This document shows, piece after piece, positions 20,391 through 29,962 of a DNA stretch of 64,000 nt (position 1 is its first letter; every line of letters starts with the position of its first letter). The position numbers were made by a program, and so were the translations under genes. A model generated the notes under the pieces. The model saw nothing but the letters and a program-made list of their open reading frames with translations. It was not told the DNA's origin and searched no databases. The DNA is from Bacillota bacterium. Its GTDB lineage: Bacteria > Bacillota > SHA-98 > UBA4971. The stretch spans positions 16,096 to 80,095 of the forward strand of contig DAOSZN010000003.1 in NCBI GenBank assembly GCA_035593725.1, read 5' to 3'.

Positions 20391-20782
20391 TGACTTCAAT
20401 GTCAACTGGGTCTACAATCTCAAGAAGCAGCACGGATTAGTTACTTGTCGGATGAGCCTCTGTTCTTATCTTTTCCCACGCCTTAAGCCCCCTGACCGGG
20501 CTCCCCGTCATGGGCAGGCTTGCTTGAATCCTCCTTAACCTTATCTTTACCGCATTTATTATCCTTACTCTTCTGATCTTTTGCTTGCCCTTTGACAGCC
20601 TGCTTTAGAGCTTCCTTCAACTCCATATTCTGACTTATATATTGCGGCAAGAGAATTTTTGTCCCATGACGTTAAATAATAGGAAAGAGTAATGACAATA
20701 ATACAAGGCTTGTGATTGCCGAATCGGAGACAGAAGCTACCCCACATGCGTGGGGGTGTACCGGTAATCGGCAGTGTCTGGG

Positions 20783-21214
20783 TCACTCGCTGTCCAATGC
20801 CCCCTCGTGCGTGGGGGTGTACCGCTTTTTCGCCTCAAGTTTAGAAATATAGTCGAGAATCGCTAGACGAAGTGCAGCAGGACACAAGACGGAACAATGG
20901 ATTTTCTGATCCGGGAGACCACCCAGAGCACGCACAACATCCTCTTCTCCAATTTGATAAGCTTCTTCAAGAGTTCTGCCTATGGCAAGCTCAGTGGTTA
21001 TGCTACTGGTTCCTATAGCGGCAGGGCATCCATAAACTTTGAACTTGACATCTGCAAGTCTCCTGTCCTTAACCTTAATATAAACCTTTATGCAATCACC
21101 GCACTCAGGATCCCCGATTATTCCGACTCCGTCCGCATCCTCAATTTCACCGATGTTCTTTGGATTAAAGAAATGCTCAAGGACCTTCTCATTGTAGAAC
21201 ATGCTGCAACTCAT
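20783..21214 (-). CDS. IscU/NifU-type Fe-S cluster assembly scaffold protein
   Basis: 143 aa with the three scaffold cysteines in GDPECGDCIKV, KVYGCPAAIGTSS and QKIHCSVLCPAAL. Confidence 0.7.
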   Translation of the reverse strand: MSCSMFYNEKVLEHFFNPKNIGEIEDADGVGIIGDPECGDCIKVYIKVKDRRLADVKFKVYGCPAAIGTSSITTELAIGRTLEEAYQIGEEDVVRALGGLPDQKIHCSVLCPAALRLAILDYISKLEAKKRYTPTHEGALDSE

Positions 21215-21283
21215 CCTTCTTTCCAGACATGACTTGCATGATTATGTAGAACGAAGACATAGACATAAACGACTATTCTGATC

Positions 21284-22132
21284 TCAGAATTCAAGCGAAA
21301 CTCCAACACTCCCTAACATAAATCTCTCTCCAAGTAAACAAGCCATTTCAGCACAAGCGCGAAATCCGGTACAATGAAGCGGGATTACCTTTTTTACACC
21401 GAGTTTAGTAAATGCCTGTATGGTAAGGCGAATCCGGTTCATATCGGCTTTTTCCAAGTGCATACCGCCAATGACGGCATGCACTGCCTCTGTTTCAGTC
21501 AACTCTTGAATGTGTTTTATAGTATTGATTACACCAACATGGCTGCAACCTAAGATAACAATAAGGCCTTTTGAGGTCTTGATACCTATTGATAGGTCGT
21601 CAGGAAGGAAGTCCGTTACCAACTCGTCATCGCGTCTTGCCATAAACTCACTTGGCAAAGCTTCAAAATCGGTAGTTTGCGCTATTTCCCCTGACAGGAC
21701 CATGTTGTCACTTAACCATGTTGGTTTTTCATTGAGATGAAGCATAGCGCCTAAGGCAAGCAATTCCTCATTCGTCAGAGGAGATCCCACCTCCCTAACC
21801 TCACCCTTTTCAGTCTTAGCGTACTTTTTCCCGAAGGCTTCAGGGTGTGCATACAGATTCATGTGCCCTAATCTATTCAATAATAAAGGCAGACCTCCTG
21901 TATGATCATAGTGACCATGGCTCAACACGACGCAGTCTACATCGTTAAGGTTCAGTCCAATCTCTGTTGAGTTATGAACAAGGATTTCCCCGGATTGTCC
22001 CGTATCAAAAAGCAGTCTCTTCCCCTCAGTCTCAACAAGTAAGGATAGTCCATGCTCTCCCCTCAACTTCCGTCTCCTTACCAGATTATCAACTAGAATA
22101 GTCACCTTAACCTCAGCAGCGTGCCCAGCCAC
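21284..22132 (-). CDS. MBL-fold metallo-hydrolase
   Basis: 282 aa with HGHYDHTGG (the HxHxDH motif). Confidence 0.75.
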   Translation of the reverse strand: MAGHAAEVKVTILVDNLVRRRKLRGEHGLSLLVETEGKRLLFDTGQSGEILVHNSTEIGLNLNDVDCVVLSHGHYDHTGGLPLLLNRLGHMNLYAHPEAFGKKYAKTEKGEVREVGSPLTNEELLALGAMLHLNEKPTWLSDNMVLSGEIAQTTDFEALPSEFMARRDDELVTDFLPDDLSIGIKTSKGLIVILGCSHVGVINTIKHIQELTETEAVHAVIGGMHLEKADMNRIRLTIQAFTKLGVKKVIPLHCTGFRACAEMACLLGERFMLGSVGVSLEF

Positions 22133-22502
22133 TTCTACCAGCTCCTTGATTGTCTCGGTCCCGCCTTTTCTCTCCTTACTATACTGGAATTAACTAATCG
22201 GGATTGAAGCAGTATTTTGATCCTTTGAGTCTTATATCTGAATATCAATCATATGTTCATAACTATTGTAATCCTTGTATGAATAGACATCAATACACGA
22301 ACAAGAAAGACATGCTCTTACTGAAGGAAAGAGAAGAGATGCGACTGTCCTGTGTTGTTTCAAGGGTCTGGTAAATAAGCCCGACAGTCGTTTGAAAGCA
22401 TAGGAAAACAAGAGGTCCGACCACATAACAGATAGGCAGACCTCTCTATTGACAGACTCTCTGACTCTCCCGGTAACCGGCAGGCTGTAACCTTTTTACC
22501 GT

Positions 22503-22769
22503 TTACCGCCTGCGATGATAACCGCCTTCACCTGTCCGCTCCGGCCTTGGACGAGCCTCGTTTACAGTAAGACTCCTACCCTCGAAATCCACTCCGTTTA
22601 GGGTAGCAATCGCATCGTCAGCTACGTCTTCAGCAACCTCCACAAAACCAAAACCCTTGTCATGAATAACTCTGACATCTGCCGGGCTGAAGTCTGCGAA
22701 TAGATTGCGGACATCTTCCTCAGTAGCATGGTAGGGCAGATTCCCCACATATAGACTTTTCAACGTCAT
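22503..22769 (-). CDS. RRM/RNP-1 RNA-binding protein
   Basis: 88 aa. RNP2 LYVGNLPY and RNP1 KGFGFVEV, with a C-terminal Gly/Arg tail. Confidence 0.8.
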   Translation of the reverse strand: MTLKSLYVGNLPYHATEEDVRNLFADFSPADVRVIHDKGFGFVEVAEDVADDAIATLNGVDFEGRSLTVNEARPRPERTGEGGYHRRR

Positions 22770-23162
22770 TACTGGTGCCTCTCTTTCGTATCGCTTGATC
22801 TCATTCTACGGTATCTGATTCACTTCCATCGCCTATCGCTCTATGGCAAGGGGACTGAATCTTCTAAGAGTATTCCCAAGACAGTCCAAATCTATCAGCT
22901 GAGTCCAACCGTTGATTCCGGTCGTGTTTGTTGAGTCCTCTATGCGACCATGAAATCAGTTAGAGTCTCACTCTAATGTCATTCGCGCCAACACATGCTC
23001 CCCTGTTAGCAGGCAAGCGAAAGAATCCATTCAACACCTATATTGAGCAGAAACCCCATTGTTGGAATCTGAAGGAATATCAGCATCTATGACGAATGTA
23101 ATCTCTCAGCAAGCCAGGCTTTCTCTTCTGAAACCCTGACTAAGGCCATCGGTCTTCAGAGG

Positions 23163-24404
23163 ATGGTGATAACAGTGGTGTCTTTTCTCCACACCGCAGA
23201 TTGGCAAATAGGCATGAAAGCAAGCCAGGTCCCCACTGTGGCGGAAACTGTCCGCAAGGCCCGCCTTACTGCAGCAGAACAGCTTATGCGAATAGCTTCC
23301 CAACGCGAGGTCGACTTCGTGCTCATAGCCGGCGACCTCTTTGAGAACAACCTTGTTCACAATGAAGCTGCTCACCGGGTGACTGAAGCGCTTTCAGCAT
23401 GTTCTCCGATACCCGTTTATGTGCTCCCCGGCAATCATGACCCTCTGACCGAAGATTCCATTTATAACCGTTCGGCATTCAAGGACTACTTGCCCCCGAA
23501 CGTCCACATCCTACGCACCTTTGAACCTGTGGCGCCGGTGCCCGGGGTGATGCTCCTGCCTGCCCCGGTGATGTCCAAAGAGTCGTTCGACGACCCTACC
23601 ACACAGTTTCGGATACCCCCAGAGATGGGGGAGGATTCCATTATAATCGGAATAGCCCACGGCTCGCTACGTATACCCGGCAAGTTCCAGGAGAATGATT
23701 TCCCCATAGCGCTGGACGCTGCGAAGAGGCTCGGCCTTGATTACCTGGCGCTGGGACATTGGCATTCTTTCTATGTGCATGATGACGAAAGGACTGTATA
23801 TGCAGGAACCCATGAACCGACAGGCTTCGATGAACAACGTAAAGGGACGGTGGCTCACGTCACAATTGAGGCTCGCGGTTCGCTACCGAAGATTGAGAGA
23901 CTGGACACAGGCACTCTCTCTTGGCAGACCCTTAAATGCGATGTCAGCGGAGACCCTGCCCATGTAGTCAGCCACATAAAACACGAGGTGAGCAAGGTGG
24001 AAAACCCGTCCTCGACCTTACTTCGTTTAGAGCTGAAAGGCCATGCCCAGTCTGATGATTTGCAGTGGCTGGAGGATCTTGAAGACTGGCTCAAGATACG
24101 CTTACTGTACATTGAAATAGACAAGACCCAATTTGTCACGCGTCCTATTGGTAAAAGGCTCAGCAAGCTTGCAGCGGGTAACCCATTCTTGCAGTCAATA
24201 ATCTCTGATTTGGTAGATATCGCTTACGCTCTTGGACGACCGATAGAAGATTTACCTGAAGACCTGGCAAACATCTTGGGTTCAGATTCGCAAATCATAG
24301 ATGATAGACTCCAGGATGACCTGGACCGGTGGGGGATTCAATCAGAAGACGTGGAAGAAGCCCTCAGAACGCTGGCCTCCATAGCTGAGGAGGTGCTGTC
24401 ATGA
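23163..24404 (+). CDS. YhaO/SbcD-like metallophosphoesterase (Mre11-family DNA exonuclease)
   Basis: 413 aa. Phosphoesterase motifs FLHTADWQIG, AGDLFE and GNHD. Its stop overlaps the start of the downstream SMC-like ATPase. Confidence 0.7.
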   Translation: MVITVVSFLHTADWQIGMKASQVPTVAETVRKARLTAAEQLMRIASQREVDFVLIAGDLFENNLVHNEAAHRVTEALSACSPIPVYVLPGNHDPLTEDSIYNRSAFKDYLPPNVHILRTFEPVAPVPGVMLLPAPVMSKESFDDPTTQFRIPPEMGEDSIIIGIAHGSLRIPGKFQENDFPIALDAAKRLGLDYLALGHWHSFYVHDDERTVYAGTHEPTGFDEQRKGTVAHVTIEARGSLPKIERLDTGTLSWQTLKCDVSGDPAHVVSHIKHEVSKVENPSSTLLRLELKGHAQSDDLQWLEDLEDWLKIRLLYIEIDKTQFVTRPIGKRLSKLAAGNPFLQSIISDLVDIAYALGRPIEDLPEDLANILGSDSQIIDDRLQDDLDRWGIQSEDVEEALRTLASIAEEVLS

Positions 24405-27124
24405 TTCTCCGCTCACTTACCGTTTCCGGGCTGCGCTGTTTTAGAAATCCCATAGAGCTTAAAGATTTCAGTGAAGGCATAAACATCATCTACGGACCGA
24501 ACGAGTCAGGGAAATCCACACTCGTTACAGGACTCGCTCTGGCATTTTTGAATCGTCATGATATGACCGGTGATGCCATAGAGGCGTTCCGCCCTTGGGG
24601 GACTTCTCTCAGCCCTCTTATTCGTACTGAATTCATGTTCGGAGATAAGCGATATTGCTTAGAAAAAGGCTTTCTCGACAATGCAAGAAGCGTTCTCTCT
24701 GAATGGGACGGCATTCGCTACCAACGCCTTGACGAGGGAAAAGCGGCTGATGATAAGGTACGGCGGATGATGCAAGCGGAATTTTCAGGAAGGGGACTGT
24801 CTAAAAATACACAATGGGGTCTTGCGCATCTTCTTTGGATGCCACAGGGTACAGACCGCTTCAGCAGCCCCTCCCTTGCCGAACCCGGCGTCGAGGATTA
24901 TTTCCGCCAAGCCATGGGCGCTACAATCTTCAGTAAAAAGGATGACAAGCTACTCGGCTTAATCAGCAAGAGATATGCGGATATCTTTACTCCTAAAACA
25001 GGAGACTTTAAAGCAAATTCAGAGGTGAGTCTTGCCAAACAGAAAGTTGCAGCTGCCAAAGATCAATTAGATAGAGCCCTCCGCGACTTGGAAGCAATAC
25101 GGGAGGCAGAAAGTGACCTCCTGTTACACGATTCCCGCCTCGCCGAACTTGAGACTCGGTCCGCCAACCTGAAGCAGGAAAGGCAGAATCTCACAGGCCA
25201 ACTTGAGCGTATCAGGGACCTCAAATCCGAGCGGGATACAATGAAGGCCAGGTTGCAAACTGCCACTCAAGCATGGGAGACCGTGAAAAAGGAGTGGCAG
25301 CAAGTTTCGAATCTTAAGAAAACGATAGCGGATACAAGATTAGAAATAGCCCGGAAGGAAAAGGCTGTCATTCCGCTCAAGGCTGACCTTGATAAGGTGT
25401 CGAAAGAGCTTGACTCCAAGCGCGCCATTGAGAAAGACCTTGAAAAAGGCATCAAAGAAACCAATAAGGATTTTCAGAAAGCCAACGACCTGGAGCAAGC
25501 AAAGAATCGTCTGGAATCCACGAGGAATCTTGCAGCACAGGTCAAGTCAGCCCAGGATTTGACCAAGAAAATATCGGACCTCGAAAAAGAACTAAGCAAG
25601 CAACCTTGTCCCGGTATCACTGATGTGAAATCCGCTGAGGATTCAAAATCCCGCATAGACGCAAGGGAGGCCGAGGCACGTGCGCAGGGGCTCGCTATAG
25701 ATGTCACAGCCTACACAGACTTCGACATGATTGTAAGTACATCCGAAGATGAGAAGACTTACACAATCCGTCCTAGCGAACCCTTATCCCTCGTGTCTGC
25801 TGACAGGATGACCTTAGATATACGCGGACTCGGGCGAATTGAAATCAAGTCAGGCTCTACTGATGTGAAGAGGCTCCTGGAGCAGATTTCAACAGAGAAG
25901 AGAGCGCTCAAAGAGATCTTGGACAGGTACGGGGTGGAGACCCTATCTGACCTTAAGGAACGCTACAATTGGGGAGTCCGCCAAGATTTGCAGCTTAACA
26001 CCTTAAGAGACAATCTTAAAACTACCTTAGGCTCAGGAAACACCCTGAGGCTTCTTGAATCCCAGCTTCAAAAGGAAGAGACAACTCTCCGGGAACAGTG
26101 TTTGAGACTGGGTATCTCGCAAGAAGAATTGGCTGAAGCTGAGACGCCTGATGTTGACCTCCTCAAGAACCGTCTTGATGGCTTAAATAAGCAGCGGGAT
26201 GATTTGGGAAGAGAAATACTTGAGTTAGACAAGCTGGAGCAGAGTCTTTCTAAACAAGTCGCAAAACTGGAGCAAGAAATCAGTAACCTTCGAACCTCAG
26301 CTGAAATATCTTCCGGTGAACTCAAGAGGCGCCTTGAATCCTATGACAACAACGAAGAAAAGCTAAACTCTGCTTTGACTGAGAAGGAAGAGGGTAAGAA
26401 CTGTATAGAAAAGCACTTGGCGGAGCTGGAGCGGCAGATTCCGAAAAACGCAGCTGAAATCGAGCGGAACGCCATTCGGCTTGAGCAAAAGATAAAGGAA
26501 ATCGATGAGGAAACGATACCCGGACTTCGCGATAAGCGGGCTGTCCTCAGAGGTAAACTGGACGAAGCAGGTAACCGTGGATTATACAGCGAGGCAGTCC
26601 AATGTGAAGAGGCTCTTAAGATCGCTGAGAGCAACCAGGCAATTGCCCTACGGAAGGCCCAAGGGATACGGCTTCTCCAATACCTGGGTCGCACTAGGAA
26701 AGATCAGTTGCTTGACTCCCTGACTGAGCCCATCCGGGACGAGGCGACAAGGATATTCCGGATAATTACAGGCTCGCCGGAACGATCTCTTGAACTCTCC
26801 TCTGACCTCTCACTTTCGGGCATAAAGATCGATCAAGAAGACTCCGAAACCATCGGACCTATATGGGACTTTTCCATAGGCACTCAAGAACAACTCATGA
26901 TGTCTGTCAGGTTAGCGCTGGGACATTTTCTCGGACAGGTAGAACGGCAACTCGTGGTGCTGGATGACCCTCTTGTAAACACTGATCCCCACAGGCTCGA
27001 ACGAATCTTGGATCTCCTCGAAGCTGCATCAAAGACACTTCAGATCATAATCCTTACCTGTCATATAGACAGGTACGAAGGCATCTTAGGCAAGAGATTT
27101 AACATTACGGAGGCGACCCTTTAA
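24401..27124 (+). CDS. YhaN/SbcC-like SMC-fold ATPase (Rad50 family)
   Basis: 907 aa. N-terminal Walker A GPNESGKST, a long coiled-coil middle, a C-terminal signature-like SIGTQEQLMMSVRLAL, and Walker B/D-loop VVLDDPLVNTD. Confidence 0.7.
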   Translation: MILRSLTVSGLRCFRNPIELKDFSEGINIIYGPNESGKSTLVTGLALAFLNRHDMTGDAIEAFRPWGTSLSPLIRTEFMFGDKRYCLEKGFLDNARSVLSEWDGIRYQRLDEGKAADDKVRRMMQAEFSGRGLSKNTQWGLAHLLWMPQGTDRFSSPSLAEPGVEDYFRQAMGATIFSKKDDKLLGLISKRYADIFTPKTGDFKANSEVSLAKQKVAAAKDQLDRALRDLEAIREAESDLLLHDSRLAELETRSANLKQERQNLTGQLERIRDLKSERDTMKARLQTATQAWETVKKEWQQVSNLKKTIADTRLEIARKEKAVIPLKADLDKVSKELDSKRAIEKDLEKGIKETNKDFQKANDLEQAKNRLESTRNLAAQVKSAQDLTKKISDLEKELSKQPCPGITDVKSAEDSKSRIDAREAEARAQGLAIDVTAYTDFDMIVSTSEDEKTYTIRPSEPLSLVSADRMTLDIRGLGRIEIKSGSTDVKRLLEQISTEKRALKEILDRYGVETLSDLKERYNWGVRQDLQLNTLRDNLKTTLGSGNTLRLLESQLQKEETTLREQCLRLGISQEELAEAETPDVDLLKNRLDGLNKQRDDLGREILELDKLEQSLSKQVAKLEQEISNLRTSAEISSGELKRRLESYDNNEEKLNSALTEKEEGKNCIEKHLAELERQIPKNAAEIERNAIRLEQKIKEIDEETIPGLRDKRAVLRGKLDEAGNRGLYSEAVQCEEALKIAESNQAIALRKAQGIRLLQYLGRTRKDQLLDSLTEPIRDEATRIFRIITGSPERSLELSSDLSLSGIKIDQEDSETIGPIWDFSIGTQEQLMMSVRLALGHFLGQVERQLVVLDDPLVNTDPHRLERILDLLEAASKTLQIIILTCHIDRYEGILGKRFNITEATL

Positions 27125-27329
27125 CAGGGTCGCCCCTGCGACATCTTCTTTTGAAACCTTCACAAAACATTGACTTTATCCCCACAAATTCTTGACAACC
27201 TCTTCGTTAATATATAACAGTGCGACCAAAACGAGGAAACAAACCGGAGAGCCTTTACCGGCAGACTTAAAACCATATTCAGCTCGTGTCAATAGAAGGT
27301 TTTGCGTATTGAAGGAGGGACCATTAGGG

Positions 27330-28472
27330 ATGTCAACGCAGAGACGTCCGAATCCGCCGTGGTTACGCAAGATAATAGCGACTGCATGTGCGCTGGCGAT
27401 TATAACAATATCTCCTACGACAACAGCGTTTTCTTTCTCTGCATCGGCAAGTGCTACAAAATTAGAACCGCAAGGGATAGAAGTAAGCCTTGAAGAATGT
27501 CGTAGTCTTGCACTGGAACACAGCGCCAGCATGCTTCTGGCCGAAAGCGCAGTAGAAGATGCTAAGCTGTCCTTAGAGCAAACAGAAGCCACAAACCTCA
27601 CAAAACCATCTCCCACATCACTTTACCAAGCCAAGATGAGTCTTGAATCCGCCTCTAAAAACCTGGAAATAACTAAGCAGGACGTGATCTTAAGTACAGA
27701 TCAGCTTTATTACTCGCTTCTCAGAGCGGAACACTTAGTATCCATCTCGGAACAGGCTCTTGCCCTTGCTGAAAGGCAATTTGAGATAGCAGTGGCCAAA
27801 GAAACAGTGGGCATGGCCACAAAGCTTGATATTATGAGAGCGGAAAACCAGACTGCTTCAGCACGCAACAGTCTTCAAAGCGCTATTCTAAGCAGAGACC
27901 TTGCAATGGTCACGCTAAACCAAGCTATCGGGTTTGACTCGGAGACAATTCTTTCTCTGCGCGATGAGTTTTCCTATGAAAAAACTGGGGAACCGGATCT
28001 TAACGCCTCGATAGAGTTGGCTTTAGCGAATCGGGTTGAGATGGCTCAGGCGCGATCAGCAGTGGAGATTGCGGACATGAATGTAAAACTTTTGGATAAC
28101 AACTTTACACCCAGATTGACATATGAACGCGCCAAGCTCGCAGCAGCCGATGCCAGGGTTAAGTTTGCCGAGCAACAGAGTAAAATAGCTCTCGCAGTCC
28201 GCCAAGCTTATGTAGCCCTCAAACAAGCAGAGGCCAAAGTGGAACTTGCCGGATCCAAAGTCAGCGAGGCACGCGAAAACCTACGTATAACCCAACTTCT
28301 CTTCGAAGCGGACATGGCTACAAACGTGGAAGTCCTGTCTGCGCAAAACCAGTATACCCAAAGTCAAATAGACGCAATTCAGGCCATATACGACTATAAC
28401 ATAACAAGATCGCAGTTTAAGCGCGCTATCGGTGATACGGCCGGACTTCCCGGAGGTGTCTCTGAGCCATGA
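27330..28472 (+). CDS. TolC-family outer-membrane efflux protein (OMF) 1
   Basis: ATG at 27330 is 10 nt after GAAGGAGGG and encodes the signal peptide MSTQRRPNPPWLRKIIATACALAIITI. The coiled-coil-rich repeats are typical of OMF proteins. The ORF-track start at 27192 is upstream and unlikely. Confidence 0.7.
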   Translation: MSTQRRPNPPWLRKIIATACALAIITISPTTTAFSFSASASATKLEPQGIEVSLEECRSLALEHSASMLLAESAVEDAKLSLEQTEATNLTKPSPTSLYQAKMSLESASKNLEITKQDVILSTDQLYYSLLRAEHLVSISEQALALAERQFEIAVAKETVGMATKLDIMRAENQTASARNSLQSAILSRDLAMVTLNQAIGFDSETILSLRDEFSYEKTGEPDLNASIELALANRVEMAQARSAVEIADMNVKLLDNNFTPRLTYERAKLAAADARVKFAEQQSKIALAVRQAYVALKQAEAKVELAGSKVSEARENLRITQLLFEADMATNVEVLSAQNQYTQSQIDAIQAIYDYNITRSQFKRAIGDTAGLPGGVSEP

Positions 28473-29962
28473 GAAGACCACGAATTGCAAGCAAATCGCA
28501 CGGTATGCGTAAATCACAAGCTCGGATCTTTATCAAAGCCCTGGCCTTTTCATGTGCGCTTATCCTGGTCCTCCCATGGCAATCAGCCCTTGAGGCTTCC
28601 TCATGCGCCAAGCTCCATGAGTTGACGCTTGCCGACGCTCTTGAACTGGCTGTTTTGCAAAACCCTGAGATTGTCGCAGGAAATCAAGCCTTAGAACTCA
28701 GCGCGTCCAAGCTACGCGAAAGCTACGGAATGACGAAGCCAAAGATTACCCTCCAAGGATCCGGTTATGGGACGTCAACTTCCTTGTCTACCGGGGTTTC
28801 TACATCTAGCTGCGGTTCATCAGTAAAAGTCACAATAAGTCAGTCTCTGCCAGGCGCTTTACCTGAACCGTTCAGCGTCGGATTGTCATCTGTTGAGCTT
28901 GCTGCCATTAATTTATATGAAACCGAACTTGACCTTGCCAAGACCAAGCAAAAAGTCCTGCTTGACACAATCACAGCTTACCTGAACGTCCTCAAATCAG
29001 AGCAGCTGAAAGACTCAAATGACAGCGCCTATGAAAAGGCGGCACGCCTTCTGGATGAGGTAGAGAGCAAGTTAGCCTTAGGTGTGGCAACTCAACTCGA
29101 CCTCCTGAAAGCCCAAAATCAACTGGACCAGGTGACATTCAGCAGACAGAAAACAGATGATGACCTACGAGGCGCAATGCGTTCTTTAGCTCTCATATTG
29201 GGCCTGCCTCCTGAAACTCGGTTCCAACTGTCAGACGCTCTTGATGTGCCGGGATTATCCCAAATAGAAGAAGATGAGTATAGCCTCGAAGGACTCACAG
29301 CTATTGCCCTGGACAATCGTGTTGAAATCAAGCAGGCCGATTTATCGTATCAAAAAGTCAAAGCCTCACTGGAAACAACAAGGAGGTCTCTGAAGCCTTC
29401 TGTAAACCTCTTCGCAAGCTACTCGCGTCCGGAAAACCCTTCCGTTTCCGCTTCCGCCTCACTTAACCTTGCATCAGGCGACGCCGGTTGGAAGGTGTCG
29501 TTAGATAGCGGACAGTCAACTGAATCAGCTCCGGACAAAGGATTTATGCCGAAATCCACATCCACAATGGGTATTGACATATCCTTTGCCCTTTGGGACG
29601 GAGGAACAGCAGATGAGAAACTTAAGCAGGCGGAGATAAACCTCAAAATGCAAGAGGCTGCCATAGAGCGTCAGAGACAGGCAATAGCGGAAGATGTGTA
29701 TGTCGCCTTGACCGGACTAAAACAGACCCTCACAAGACTCCGGCTTGCCGAACAAGCTGTTCTTGAAGCTGAAGAACTCTTTGGTATAACAGAAGCCCGC
29801 TTTGAGGCAGGCGCAGGGGTGGCAGCTGAAGTTCTTGATGCTGCACAATCCCTGGCTGATTCAAGATCCGGGGTAGTTGAGGCCTTATTCGATTATTACC
29901 TGGCACAAGCACGTCTCGCAAAAGCCATGGGCATACTTGGCATTCGGGGGTGGAAGGGATGA
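28469..29962 (+). CDS. TolC-family outer-membrane efflux protein (OMF) 2
   Basis: 497 aa. Signal-like N-terminus, with MRKSQARIFIKALAFSCALILV as a possible internal start at 28505. Two OMF repeats. Overlaps gene 1 by 4 nt. Confidence 0.7.
   Translation: MRRPRIASKSHGMRKSQARIFIKALAFSCALILVLPWQSALEASSCAKLHELTLADALELAVLQNPEIVAGNQALELSASKLRESYGMTKPKITLQGSGYGTSTSLSTGVSTSSCGSSVKVTISQSLPGALPEPFSVGLSSVELAAINLYETELDLAKTKQKVLLDTITAYLNVLKSEQLKDSNDSAYEKAARLLDEVESKLALGVATQLDLLKAQNQLDQVTFSRQKTDDDLRGAMRSLALILGLPPETRFQLSDALDVPGLSQIEEDEYSLEGLTAIALDNRVEIKQADLSYQKVKASLETTRRSLKPSVNLFASYSRPENPSVSASASLNLASGDAGWKVSLDSGQSTESAPDKGFMPKSTSTMGIDISFALWDGGTADEKLKQAEINLKMQEAAIERQRQAIAEDVYVALTGLKQTLTRLRLAEQAVLEAEELFGITEARFEAGAGVAAEVLDAAQSLADSRSGVVEALFDYYLAQARLAKAMGILGIRGWKG

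Noticed and set aside
20565-20786. 73-aa minus-strand ORF starting inside the IscU stop region; UGA readthrough or selenocysteine recoding with a SECIS-like hairpin
   Set aside because: The ORF is in a different frame from IscU and has no RBS. IscU-type scaffolds are not selenoproteins. The hairpin is about 30 nt from the UGA and lacks SECIS apical features. The repeat is kept as a low-interest finding.
23163-27124. Nuclease + SMC-like ATPase pair as a novel defence system
   Set aside because: Motifs and architecture fit the known YhaO/YhaN (SbcE/SbcF) repair-paralogue family. It is retained only as a moderate-interest finding.
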